From assembly GCA_965285935.1 (NCBI GenBank), contig OZ260664.1:66898001-66962000 (forward strand): DNA of 64,000 nucleotides, in the 5' to 3' direction. The translations under genes and the position numbers were made by a program. Positions within the stretch are counted from its first letter, which is position 1; every line of letters starts with the position of its first letter. The notes under the pieces were generated by a model, which searched no databases, was not told the DNA's origin, and was given only the letters and a program-made list of their open reading frames with translations. This document shows positions 26,301-41,300 of this stretch, one piece after another. This stretch comes from Ophelia neglecta. Taxonomy: Eukaryota.

Positions 26301-29300
26301 TGGATAAACTGTGAGGGAACAAAGGCTAGGGTTCAGGGTAAACTTGTTGACAACAATCAAGAGAAAGCACTGGAAATTACTCTGCTCAGTACAGGTGACA
26401 AAGTGCAGTGTCAATTGAAGATGATTGTCATCTCTTTTTAACAAAACAATTAAGTTAACCTTGTGAAAACCATTACCTGTCCATATGTTACAAGAAGCAC
26501 ATGCACTTTATTTAACTAGAGAAAGCAAACATTGTGGTGCTTGACATTAAATATCTTAGAATGAACCCCACCATGAAATATATTCATATCAATACAGGCA
26601 AAGAATAACTGTTAAAAGGGATAATCCATGATCTGAATAACACCTTAACAACGGCCACAAGTATAGTTTTAATTACATCATGACACAGTTCTTCCCATTT
26701 CTCACATTCCTCACTTACAGAGAGGTATTAAAACTTACTACTTATGAATTTCATGACCCATATCTCTGTTTGCCTTTGGAGCATGCCATTCTTACACGAT
26801 ACATTGCTACCAAGCTGCACAAGTATTTTGTCACGACTGGTGGACCGTGGATGGGCTGGACCCATCTCTATTTGAGGGCCTTGTAAACTCTGATGGTTCT
26901 CAGCCATAATAACCAGCATGATGTAAATATTTAAAGCTATTTGAATAGGCCATTCAAAGTGTTTAGGATTGTTCATTCTATGGATGTGGACAATAAACTA
27001 GCCTTCCTATGTTGTGAAGACATACTATTTCACCACAGTTTTGTGGCTGGACATGGTAATTCTATCACCAATCAAAGGGTATCAGCAAATGTAAGACACC
27101 TTTTAAAAATGAACTATACAATAAATATAATGAAATTTCAAGCAACGAACAACACAGCAAAATAATTTATAGTTCTTTTGCGTGAAACCAATTTGCACAC
27201 TTACTATAAAACATCTCCACTGGAGCGACATTTGTCGGTGGTATTTTCAAAACTTTTTTGAAGACAACCAGGAACACAGCTACCATTTTTGTCGTTTTGA
27301 AATGAGATAGTTATAAAATATATCGTATCCAGGAGTTAGGGTTATGACCAAACAAAGTCGTGCAGGTGTCAGCCGCACTTGGACTAGATCATCCAGATAG
27401 ACCACGGTGAAGTACTACTGCCTTTCTCTAGTTTGCTCCCTTTATTCATCAGCTCTTCATGATACTTACCCAATTCTCTAAATTCATTTACTTGGTGTGT
27501 CTTGAGCTCAATGATAACAACTAATCTGTACTCATATTAACACAATCAACTCCAGCAGCAAGTGGCACTCAAAGAAAAGATACCATTATGCAGAATCAGT
27601 GAGACATTTTAAGACTTTAAAAATCCATATATTTGTTTTCCCAAGTATAGCTTAAATCTGTGATAATGGGTCACCTAGGTTGACATTCCAGCTAAACTGA
27701 TATAATTCATCTTCAAGTTCTTAAGATATCATTCATCATATAATTCTTCATTCATCTTATAGTTCTTAACATATCATTCATCTTATAGTTCGTAAGTTCT
27801 TTGCCAAACTAAAGCCCTATTCACAATTGGTTACACTTATTATTGGTGGTGATTGGCATCCCATTGAGAGCCCACATGCAGGGAACTATTCAAATGGACA
27901 AATCACAGTTTTGTTGGCCACTCGGACTGCATAAAAAAGCTAGGGCTCATGTTTTGCCTTTCCCAGTGACCACATGCAGGCCCTCAACATCCCCCAAACA
28001 TAGACTTTCATCATTTCCCTTACAACACAGCATGTATACAAAACAAGGTGAGACTAATTATTAAATAAATATAATAGAGAAAGAAAGGAAAGTAGCAGCA
28101 AATTGGATGAAATATATTTACTTATTTAAACTTTTAAAAGGTAAATTTATATACATCAATTGGTTGTAGCTTTTAAGCAGGAACATCCTCGTCATATTTC
28201 AATAAGGATTTGACTGGATTTCTCCTTATCATTTTTTATGCATAATTACATAGTCATTGAAGAAAGTTCACTAAAATTTCCTTTTTTTACTCAAATGATG
28301 CATAGACAAACCACATCTCAGAGAGGCATGATGATTATACAAAGCAGTTTACATTTCTTAACATCAAACCAGCACTGGCCAGTGTTTAATGATCTGAATA
28401 AAAAAGTCTATAATCTTTTATGAGGCCTTGAATAAACGTTCATAAAAAACCAATAACAACACATGGCCTTATAATGCAGAAACTGATAAATCAAAATACA
28501 ATGTGAATTGACCGTTTGCGTGTAAATTGATACCACAAAATCTGCAATACTAGGGTGAAAACGTCATGCTCCTCAAACACCACCATGTGTGGTAGGATAA
28601 CAACAGGGCCGATAGATTCACTATTGATGTGTCCACGGCAAATGCTCACTTTGTGGCCCAATCAGAGTAAAGCTGTGTGTAGTACTGGCGAATAAGTAAA
28701 TTTAGCTGTTGACATTCATCTGTTAAACTGTTGTCTCAAACAATCCCAACTGATAATTATGTATAATATACAGTAAACTTCAACAAAGAGTTAATAATAT
28801 TGATGTATTGATAAAAAGAATCAATTGTTGTAAATGTGATGAGATTCTGGCAAAGCTATGATAATATTCTAATATCATTTAAAAGCCTTTTATATTAACT
28901 ATTAACACTCTGATGGTTCACAACAAAAGTGCCTACTAAAGAAATTGTGGTTACTATCTGCTCCCATATAAATAGCAATTTTTTGGCTCTTAAAACACAC
29001 AATGGGTGCACATTTAGCTGTTGGTATGCACCCATTTCCCATGCTGTTTTTACTAGGGTACCTAATCCAGCTGAACCCAGGAGGTATTTGCACACCTTCC
29101 ATTTATACACATTTGCCAGCACAGCACAAACACAAGAGAATGCTTCAGCCAGAGTACCTAGCCATGAAATGGTGGCATGAAGTTTACTCATCGTAAATGA
29201 GACACACATGTATGACAATGACTACGTCTCCAGAGGGATTGGAGACTTACCTACACTTATACTACTAAAGTCAGACAATACACTGCTCCTGGCACTGTGG

Positions 29301-32300
29301 TCGAAAGAAATCAATTGTTTAGCAAAATAAGGACATTTAGTTCTTGTCATGAAATCAATAGCCAGCCAATTGGCGGATACTACACTAAATACATTCCACA
29401 TTTTTCACCTTCGGATGGCTTATACCGGAGCCATGACCTGGTCAGTCAAGAGGAGTATTACCTCTACTCCCCCAGGTGAGCAGGCTTCTACCAAGACAAT
29501 GTGGCAGCCTACTGCTTAGCAGGACACAGGGTAAGGCTGCATAGCGATCATTGTATTATTGTCCTTGAGCCTGTTCATACCTGAATTCCAGTTCCATGTC
29601 TGGCAGCCTTGATAGGCTCCACCACAGACTGTCAATAGCAACTTACCCAGAAGCTGAGTGACGGCTGAGACTGGATCTAACACACCTTCATAATGATAAA
29701 TAATAGGTAGTACTTGCAGGGCAATGTTGCCATGAAAGGGAGACACCCTTTTCATCAAGGGTGGGTTCAATCTGGCTTTAAAAAGATGTATGCTTAATGC
29801 ATGGAGCACTACGACAGAACAATGATCAAAATAAAATTCTAATAATGAAATGATGTGTCCTGTGTCTGTTAAGGTACAGGTATTCAAAGCCAAACAGGAA
29901 GCTAAATCCCTAAAAAAATGGGGAAATTAACTTGATAACTTGAAAAAACCATCTATTGCCCTAGTTTATCGTTGTTCTAGTTGATGGTTGATTAAATTAT
30001 CATGAGAACATCACTAGATGTCAAAAAGGTGAGTGTTCTGAGATTGGCTTGAGTTAATGACTACATTGTGCTGCCTGACCCCAAGATAAAATAATCCCGG
30101 ATTCAGAATGTACAGTGCACACCAGACATTCACCCTGCCAGCCAGTCAGCCACTAACTGACATAGTTTCTCTAGGCAATGTATTTGATTTGAAGTGTGGC
30201 TTGATTAGATCTGTTTCAAACACCGAGAATCACCCTGAGGCAGTTTTGTGGTAGGCACTGATATGACACTTTTTGTAATCAAAGTTGGTAAAAAGTAGAC
30301 CTGAAGAAAGGCATCCTGATGTGTTAGCATTATAAGATAATCCCAAACAATGCTTTATTCTGAAACTTTAAATTTCAAAGGAATATTGTTTTTATCACAA
30401 TTCAGTAAGTACTTAAAGAGCCCTGGTCTATCATAAGTCTTATTTTCCAATTTGCCCAAGTCCCCATCTCCAATAAAGCACTAGGCTTCTTAAGAGAGCT
30501 AATGAGTTGTAACATTGCTTTCCTCTCAACACCAAAGAAAAAAAAAGAAAACTTTTAACAACAATTATTGTGCAAAGAGGTTCTAAAAGTGTTGTTATCT
30601 GTTTGTCTTCTTCCTGTGAACATCGATGTTGAGAGCATTCTTTAGTGCAGTGTTCCTGATCAATCTGAACACTGGACAACTGTATAGCACAGGTGCCAAT
30701 GAGTCTGGGCATACTTCTACTCTCAAATGAACTGCAAAGGCCTCGTACATGTATGACAGTGTTTTCTTGAATATTCTTTCCATGTATAGAAAACAATGTT
30801 TATAATTTTCATTGGATAGAAAAGAAATTTTGGACAGATCACAAAAGGCATGTTGTACACAGTTCTGGTGACAGAGAGCAGGAGTAAGGAAGGCGGTCAT
30901 AAGATATATGATGACTATGTATTTACTAAACACTCCCTGACCCCAAAAATAAGGTGATGGTAACAGCAAACACACCATTCACCCTCAAATAATGATGGCT
31001 CAGTGTCATTTAAAATCCATGAGAATAAAATCTGGATTTAAGATAAAATTGTGATGTGAAATACAATATCAATTGAATAGCAGTGTAGATTTTGAAAGAG
31101 TTGCACAATAAATGGATCAAAGAAATACTGTACATGTACATCACTTTTACGTTGAGGTGATCTTCATAAAGAATTTGAGATTAGCCATCGGATACTCCCC
31201 ATCCGATACCCACAGTAAAGGTCCTGAACAAGGGTGAATGATGAATATTTTTTATCAGTTATATGTGAAATAATTCATATTATACATGTATTGTATGAAA
31301 ACAAAACCATCAATACATTAATATTCATTCATTAGAATAACCTATATAATTTGTGTAATTGACTGTACCACTCCTACATGAAATACAAGAAATGTGTCAT
31401 TACTTTTATGAAGTATACATCACACACATGCACCATAATACCAAAAGTGGTAGAAAACTCTTTCAGAAAAGAGGTCCCATTTAAGATTTCACTTTTGAAT
31501 TTGTGGGTGATTTTTATGACATCACGAAATGAATATGACACAATTTGTTTGAGATGCCATGATAGTGTTGAAAATCACTTTACTACTCTTATAAGAAGCT
31601 GATTTGGTTCAAGTTGGAGCCACATAACCAAATTAAAATGGTCTACATTGATAGTAATTTATTTAATAGATGCTTTTGGCAACAAAATTAGGTATAAATC
31701 TCAATAATAAGTTTTTTGCACACAATTAAAGATAAATAACTTAATACAGATAAAACCTAGAAGAATGCCGGAAGTATTGGGGCAGCACGGTTAAAAGAAC
31801 CCTTTGATTTCTGCTTTATGAGCCCTGAGGCGCTAACTCTAATCAGACTTTTATGTTCCTCATTCATCAGTGGCTTATCAAAATGACCAGTCACCCTCTC
31901 TCAACAGTTGGAGTGCACTCCGTCCTTCCTGGCTTCTCATTGGTAAACCCTGATGCACTCCTAAGGAAGCTAGCCTCAAGGTAGATCTTACTCTTGATAT
32001 TAAGCTCTGGTCTATACCAAAGACTGGTTTAAGTCAAAACATAAGACTAAATTCCCGTCATGTGTGCTATCTTTAAATTAGGCCTCCAACAAGCAGTTGA
32101 TTCTGGTTCATGTCTCTAATCCAAAGTGTGGCTAATTTGAACACTATTACCCATGCCCAAAAAACATTATATTTGGTCCTACCGGTATAGGAGATGTTCT
32201 CTTTTGTACTAGATTGAACATAAGAGGCCAATGAAGGGCCTCCTTGTTCATTAATCACTGTTTTTAACATTCAGGATTGGTCCAGCTGTCTTCTGGTTTT

Positions 32301-35300
32301 TGTTGATTATTGGAGGAGATCATGATACAAGCCCCTTACATAGGCTACAGAGTCTAGAGAGGAAGACTCGCTGAAGCGTGAGCCATCCAACAAACCTCTT
32401 CAGCCGACATACAAAATATCTGAAGAGGGACTATTTGCTTATTGACACTAACTAGAATAAGAATGCCTACACATATTTCTGAACAGTTTTCCAGAGTATC
32501 GCTCATCCTCACTATCTATTTTCATTACAGATATCTCAAAAGTTGAGCTCACATTTCCTAAATCAACACTGCGGTGAAGATACCTTTCCAGCAAAAAGTG
32601 TCGGGCGTTCTCGCTGATGCTCTTCATAACTTTCTACATAACATGGATATGATATGAACGGGACCTTCAGTAAGTGTTTGATAAGCCTGTTGAATCAAAG
32701 AGAAACAGTCAGTCTTTTTTTTACCTAGTGCTTAGACATTACAATGTTCATCTCTCACGACCTTGGTTATTATCACCAATAAATACACTGTACAATACAG
32801 ATCCCTGCTTGAAATTAATTCTCCAGCTCAGACTTATAACTTGACTTGAAACACATCCCGGAGCTGACGGGAACAACAACCTGAGAGAAGGGCTCAAGAA
32901 TGATATTCAATTAGTACCTTCAGATACTCCAAGTGATTGAAATAAGATATGTTTTTGCATGTCAATTAGATGGGCAATGTGAATAAACTTCTTAGTTCAT
33001 CATTTGTCTGTTTGCACTGACAGCTAAGTGACACCAAGTACGTTAAATTCTCATATTCCAATTATTATGAAGTGAACTGGACTGGTAGCTATGGACCATT
33101 CATCACTGTGGTCAGAGGAGAGGTCTCAATTCCACCCGCTCATTATCTCTATTTGCCCTTGGGTGAGCAGGATAGTATTTCATGGCCAGTTGCATAGAAG
33201 ACTTACTTTTTGGCCATGGAAGCTAGATGGAGAATTGGACAGGTGTCTGGCAGCCAACATGTGGCGCCAGGGGTGGGAGGTTCTATCATAATATACCTGA
33301 GGCCGCCCTATTCTCCCAAGGCTGAAACTGGCCGTCTGGCTCCTTATACCTCCCATGAGCTTCAGGGGGTGGCACACCACAAATATATGCACATACCTGA
33401 TGCTGTGACTGCTTCAGAACAATGGCCGCTTGAAGACATCGTATGGTTTTAAAATGAAAATGAAAGACGGCCATGTGCATGTCCCAGTTGTGGTAGATTT
33501 GAATAGACTGACAGTAGGAGAAGTCAAAACTGCCTTGAAGGGTTTTCAGAGACAAAACCCCTGAACCAGGTGATCGTTAGACAAGACAAGAAACGAGAGA
33601 TAACCTAAAACAAAGATATGACTAGAAGGGGGACTCTCCCGGCAAAACTATATCAAAGTATGTCTTGGTATTTCCTTGGGGCCGATCAACATGATAAAAG
33701 GCTAACTTAGGATCATTAGTGAAATGAACTTCATTAATATAATAAGTACCATTTCATTAAAAATTCACACACTGGCCCTAAGGCAGCAATTATTTTTAAC
33801 TTTATCTTAGTCAACCTAGTTGGGAAACTAGTCAAACATCAACTACTGTTCTTCCTGAAACAACTACACAAGGCCTCAAAGTCAATATATTTACCAAAAC
33901 TCATGTTCTCATGAATTCAAGCTGACTGGATTTACAAGCAATGCAATCAAAATACTCAGTATTTCTCTATAGGGCCATACAGGTATGTGTCACTGAATAA
34001 ATGGCAGTAAATAAGAATGAAAACAAACATGCTGGTATCATAAACGCTCCTTTGTCAAAATAAACTGGCATTATAATGGTGGAGCAGACAGGCCAATACA
34101 TGTATATTAGTCCATATTAGCATTGGTATGTAGATTAGCAGCAGGATTTAGAACCCCTCTGTATTATAATGGCTTATGATCCCACTAACAGCATATTGAG
34201 ATTATGCAATGAGGATTATTCAAGCATTAGAACTAAATCATTAACTCCCCTGATTGGGTCTGTAATCTTGTTCAGTAATCAATTATAACCCCCTGACCCC
34301 CTTGACAGATCAAATTTAGATAAAAAGGGTTTCTCCAGATTTAATAAATTCACACTGATGTAATAGTCTATACATCTGAAAACTCACCGGGTTTAGCAGG
34401 CAGATTTAATGTGTCATAATCCGTTATCACAGAAAATATGAATAAGCTTTTTAAATGTTGGATATAATGAGCACAGTTGTCTATAAAACACCTTAATTAG
34501 AGCATAATCTGTATTTCACTAGGCATGATACAAGTGATATATGAGATTAGAAATAGAAGGGCTATGAATCATTTATGTATAAACAAATCCACCTAGGCAT
34601 TTAAAAAAAAGCATAAGCATACACCCTGCTTTTCTCTAATAAGATTTGTGCAATTGCAATACAAATATCCCATGATACTGTGAGCTCACAGATAAACAGC
34701 TCTCTAAGAATCTTGGCAATAGAATTTAAGATTTTGAATATTTCTCACTGCTGTTCACTGCCTTTCATCTTGAAAATTGAACTTCCAACCTAGTTTGAAA
34801 CCTGGTGGTAAGTAATTACCTGGAACGCTGAAATAAATAGGTATTAAATCAATGTTTGTAATGTCCCTGTCCTCTTTTTGGTTAGAACCAGATCATATCA
34901 AGGGTTTTTCCAGTTACCTCGATTCTCAGGGAGCAAATGAAATACAATCTTAGGAGTGTCAAACTGGGATTCCCAGCTCATGTCAATAAAACTAGGCAAA
35001 ATACTGGAACTGCTCTTTCTTGGATATGTAATTCTGCCCTGGAATGTGGTACACACTGGTGGAAGGTTCAATTGATATGATGATCATCAGGCTTCATTTT
35101 CTCCCCCCACTCAAACAACTACATACCCAAACACATGCACATGTTTCATACTTTATTTCTTGATATCATATACATTTAAAGTGACTGATGTTTTTAAACA
35201 TGTATGGCAAAACTGCCAAACACACATCAAAACAAATGATCTTATTTATTTGTGCAGCATTTACCACTCCTTTGAGAGGTGGTCATATTCCACAACTGTC

Positions 35301-38300
35301 TAGACTGGGCTATGACAATATGATAAATCTGGGTTAAATACTGCCTGGCTAGCTTAATTGGTCACTCATTAAGAGTCTGAGGTCCCAGCAGGGACCTCAT
35401 AATATCTGATTTAATCAAGGCTATCAGACACACCAGGTCTGGATTACAGGGCTGGTGGCACTGAGATTTTGCACACTTTGAATAATACATTAAGTTATGA
35501 GTAGATCTGTGACCACAGCAATAGGCTGCTATAAAGGACACAACACATTGCCAATCATAGGTGAAACAAAGGGAAACTATTATCCATCACAGTCAAGAGA
35601 AATTAGAAAGAATACAACTTAAACAGCAGCAGAATTCCTGCATTTTTTGAGAAAACTTCAGTTCACAAAAAACTAAAATGTGGAAAATTTCTGACTAAGA
35701 AAGTTCCTCTGAGACTAACATGGCTGTCATTCTTAGCATTGGGTTTCCTGGGGTGATATTCAATTTTATAAACAATTTCTGAGGCTTTCAGCGGAGGAAA
35801 GGCATGCAGATGTCTCATCAGGCCCTGGAGAAACTCAATCTGGGGCCACCCTAGGCTGGGGAGCATCCCTCTCTCCAGGGGGCACTCTTTGTGACTGATA
35901 AACAGGAGTTGATTAACATTTGAAAATTGTGCAACTAAAATCTCACACAACTTCTTCATAGCTAATTAAACTGTATGTTGCAATATGAAAGCATTCTTGA
36001 CTAACTATGCATCTGGCGAAATGTTTAGGCAACATGGAACAACTAGGCTCTCTGGCATGGGAAGAATTTAGTGTTGTTACTTTCAAGGTTATGTCAGCAT
36101 CTATCTTGATTGTTTGATAGCATTAAATGTAACTTAAGTACATTTGATGTACAATTTCTGAATGAATCCTTGGTTCTGAATGGTTCATTTTATAAATTTT
36201 TATAACAACAAATCTGTTAGTCTATCTGTTACCTTGACCTCAATAATCTTTGAATGTTACTCCCAATTTATTTAATATACACACAACATTTATTTAACAA
36301 AGTAAAAACTATTAAATTTTAAGAAAAACTTAGAAAAGGGTAGAAAATGCCATGCAACATTAAGATTATCCAAATTAAGGATAGATATAAATGTGTCCAA
36401 GCATTCCTGAAACGTGTTGTTAAAATTAAACATAGCCCACAGTGAGTAAAGTATGCTCCCGGGCAATGCTAGGAGAAACTGACCTGAACAAGGGATCTGA
36501 GCTAAACGGCACCAAAAAAAACATATCCGATGCATGTCTCTGCAAGTTATAATAAAGATAAAATCATAGTCGGAGCAGTTAAAGCATTTTTTGTGGTTAT
36601 TCCAAAATTGAGACGAACGTTTCTGCAGTTGATTACAGATGAGCCAAGTAGATTCTTGCTAAGTCAGGAATGCAAAAATTATAGTTGTCTGAATTAAACC
36701 AATTTATTGCAAATTTTTCATGTAGGAAATCACATTTATCAACCTGAATATATAAAACTGAAGTAAATGAAAAAACTCTGGAGCTGACGGCGTAAAATAT
36801 TCTACATACACTCCACGAAAAGGCAGAAAATGATGCAAATATGAGGTACTAAATAAACTGTTATGTTATTTCTGTAATTTACCATACGTTCCACCAGCCA
36901 TTCAGTAACAAAGGTAATTCTAGGTTAGATAGACAGGCTGGCAAAAACTTGTCTGGAAAGAGATCATATCCTTAGTAAGTGCCAATATTGCTTACATGCT
37001 TTCATCTACTTTTCAACTTTTTCACCTTTGAAAACTTGTTATTTTCATGTTAACATGAACTTTTCTTGTTTTAAGCTGTTAGTGAGACTGGTTATCAGGG
37101 GCAGCCATCAGCCATGTACCAGTGATATTCAGGTACCCCATCAAGAGTTCAAAGTAAGCCACCCTGGCAGTCAGCTATCTGGAGAGTCAAGAGGAATTCT
37201 TGCTTGTTCCCCTCATTTTGAGTTTTCATTTTCCACTTGAGAGCACACAGATGGAGATCACATGGCACTCACACCACAAATTGAGATTGGAATGCACAGA
37301 GATCTGAAAAATCTCTACACACCCTAAACTTCTACTAAATTAACCTTCATACCAATTGATATTGCTTATGTTGCTACCCACTAATAGTAGTGACTATGAA
37401 AAAAAGATGCAGTAACGTGCCTTATTTTTGCCATTTAGCTTTCTTTTTACTTTTTAATAACTAAACTGTAGTTCTGTAGAAATGTGCCCTCGTGAAATGG
37501 GACAGTTAGGAATGGGAAGCATATAATTCTACCTCTAAGGGTACTTTGTATAAACTTATATCTTATATATAATTTTGGTATTAGCTTTCAAATGTGTCAA
37601 GGTGAATATAGTATAAATATGCATCTAGCATTAACCCAAGCAGATATAGAGTAAGATCCCAGAATCACTGCCTTGTATGAAAACAGTGCTATCTGGGGAG
37701 AAGTGAGGTGGGACTATCTCCCATCTCTGACTCTGGGCTGGTGTAACACTGCTCCCTCAACGCTGAGTAACCAAGCTGGAATCATAAACATTAGCAAACT
37801 GCTGCTCTCCATGCTGATGGTGATGATAGCCATTCTTGGGCAGTTTTCAACAAAATATTAGGCTGACTGATAAGGCTGGCCTCAGCCAAGAGGAAGTCTA
37901 CTCAATCCACTGCCATGAGCACCAACGCTTGACCATTCCAAACTCAGGGTCAAAACAATTTACCCAAGGCAGGCTTGACTATGATGGACAGATCAGACAA
38001 ATTTCCCTCCCAAGACAGCCAATCCAAGATATGTGGTTTCTCTGTACACTTGTAAACTCACTAGAGTACCTGTGTAGATCTATCAAATCAACACACCATG
38101 AATATCAACATGTCAAAGCCTTATCATCTCTTACTGCTAGACAGCCACCCTCATCTCCAACCTGACAAAGTTTCTTTCTTGATCTGCTAAATTGCTCAAG
38201 TTTACTGTCATAATATGATAATTTATTGATAATCTTCGACTCACACATGTCAAACATTTGAACAAAATGAATGATGCAGAAGGCATAAACAATTACAAAT

Positions 38301-41300
38301 ATTTTGGTTTCAGACTTAATTCCAGATCTACCAATAGGACTCTGGATTAAGTGCATTTGGGAGCTATGATGATTCACATACATCCTTGTCCTCCCACGAA
38401 AATGTGCCTCTGAAAACATCTCAGAAATGTGATGAGAGATACAAGAAAACTAGGACCGAGCCTTGATGATTTTGCAGATGTGGTCTGAGGAAGAACTCCT
38501 CTGGGCCAACAGGGCTGTGTATCATAACACAGGATGATACCACGAGCACAGACCCCACCCCTACTCATGTCAAACCTGATCAGTCAGGTTTATTGTGAGA
38601 AAGTGGGAAAACCCAGAGTGCTTTGGGGTGGGTATCGGACTGAGTTCACCTGGCTATGGCCACTCGCTCTCCATACTCTGCCTGGCACTAGATACCTCTG
38701 TCATGAGGTGAGCCCTTTCACCTGTGCAGCCTGTACACACTTTACTCAGAAAGTGCTGAGCTAACATGTCCAGAACCTACCCAGATATTTCATTACATAC
38801 CCCTCAAACCTCAGACTGAGGTAGACATCTCACTGATTCCTTGGATGGTGGTCTTGGGCATAAGCCAGAGCCCCAACAGCAATTTATCCCACCTAATTCC
38901 AGTGATATAGGTGTTAAAAACATGGCCCAGCTTTGCTCTATATGTACACCAAGGGCTTACCTTCCTTAGATATAACAGATAAGCCGAGTCAAAGGGTAAT
39001 CTTGGCTTGAAAATCTGTAAAGAGCACACCTCAACACTCCTTCTTAGTGGGCTGGCTGGCCTTAATTCATATCAGTTGATATGTACTGCTAGCTTCATTT
39101 GACAACAGAATTTGACCCATAACTTTGGGTTAAACTTTTGCTGCAATACCATTCAGGGACTCAACCCTGTCAGAAACACAGTTGGTTTACAAGATACAGG
39201 TGGAGTACTCCAGACATGGTTGAGCAATGGCCCTGTGCTCCCTGTTGACAGAAGAAATGGTCAGAGGTCTTTGAGCACATGGCACCACCAGGCCCCCCAC
39301 ACTCAGCCCAGCAAACCCATGCTCCTCTGCCCCCCTAGTCTGTCCATCAAACATAAACACATCACAAAAATAAAACACTTAAAGATCATTATAAGCAGCT
39401 GCCAATACACTATTATCACCCCATGTCTTATGATTCTAGCCTGGCTTTTCCTGCACAACATAGGTACACTACTAGTAAGATACAACTGATTTTGAATGAT
39501 GGCATTAACTGAATTCCTATGTTCTAACAGTTGACCACATCAAACCAATGCAGAGAAACTCATATATTTTCATATTCTATTTACCAAAATCATCACACTT
39601 GATACTGTCCAGATGTGAAAATCAGCAGGAGCTGAACCCACTCAATGGGCTAGTAAACCACAACTGGTTCCAATAGGAGACTAATCATAATTTATATTAC
39701 ACAGGTCATCATGTGACATCTGGTTACCATAGGCATGTTTCACCTGAAAAAGGGTGTATATTAATTCAGTTGAAGGACAAGGACTTTAGCAACCATGGGA
39801 GGGTGATACCCTGGAGTCAGGGCCTCTGCTGGGCTATCTCTGCCCCTCCTCCTCCCCCCTCCCTATTCCCCCCATGGGAGATGGATACCCTGCTGGAGTC
39901 TGAATCTCTGCCTGGCTATCTCTGTCCCAGGACTCTTAGCCACTAGAGGGGGGGGGGGGTCTGCTGGGCCATCTCTAGAATGCTGTGGGCATGGGGCTCT
40001 GTGGTCATCATATATCAAGGTGAGTTCACCAGAAACTGATTAGAAGTATTAATTTCTCCAAGCATGCCAAGAAGCTCATCTCAGCATATTCTCAAAAACA
40101 TCAATTATCCAATAGGTACATTTCAAGGGGAATATCAGATAAAATACAAATGATCCATAACAATTATTCCATGACCTATGTTCATAAAATACTTTGAGGC
40201 ACATCTATACTGTCAGAGCAAACAGCAGCTGAGTGGATCTTGGAAATATAAACTTAGTGGCCATTACTATGGTATGTGGGGGTCAAGTTGGACAGTGTAA
40301 GAATGTAGAGCAGTCCATGATATGTACTTGACCCTACTAGACTTTGATTACTCCCAGCACTGGACCCTAGGTATCACAACATGACCATTAAAATATCACA
40401 TGGCCATCATCATGATCATAGCACAATTGTTTAATTGTCTGTAGACAGAGCTAAGCATGTGGAGATAAAGGGAGCATCATGTACATCTCAGTCTACAAGG
40501 TTATCAAAAGTCAGCTGATAACACCTACAAACAAGTCATCCATTTTCACAGTGCATGTTATAGACTGGATCTGAGGTCACCTCGTCTGTTAGCCTAAAGG
40601 AACTGCTTTCAAGTATATGACAGTGAAATATATGAGGCTTCCCGAATTCTTTTGTCCACCACATCAATGACTCTTGGGCATGACTTTTTCCGATAGAAGG
40701 AAATATAAGTCAAAAGAAGCAGTTTCTGCCAACGGGGAATGTATGGATGTGGTCAATATGACTGATGGTACAGACACTGAGGCAGTACTCGCTGTCAGTA
40801 ATTACTTTATAGTCCAAATCAATTTTCTTTATCATTCTGTACTAAATTAAACTATTGGTGCACTAAATTTTTGCTATTCAGGTTAATCTGAATACTGATG
40901 CAAAACTCACTGTTAATTATCCTTGGCAATAGTCCACTAACTCTTCATACAACACTATCTGATTACCGTCTCAAACACTGTACTGTAGAAAGTGTTTACT
41001 TTGCTATTTTTTAATATACAAAATAATTGTTAGAATAGTTTCTTTCTTTTCTGAAAAGGACACTTATATAAAAAGATTCTTATTCTACAACATGTGCACT
41101 AGGAAAACATTGCTAATATTCTAATTGCAAAAGAATAGTTTGAAAAAGTTGCAAATTCACAAAATTTTCTAAAGCAAAAATATCTACTTCTTGGTGCTTA
41201 TATAATTTAACTACTAGGGAAATTCTAATGAAAAAAACCCTCTGAAATTACAAGCCATGGATGTTGGTCTTTGATTTATTCTGGGTAAGGATGGGTTTGT

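Noticed and set aside
27705-27800. CRISPR-like repeat array
   Set aside because: Eukaryotic context and tandem units without unique spacers; a simple minisatellite.
35379-38590. Short perfect hairpins (gaggtccc-agca-gggacctc; aaacctga-tcag-tcaggttt)
   Set aside because: 8-bp stems are expected by chance, with no Helitron-type CTRR end or other supporting context.
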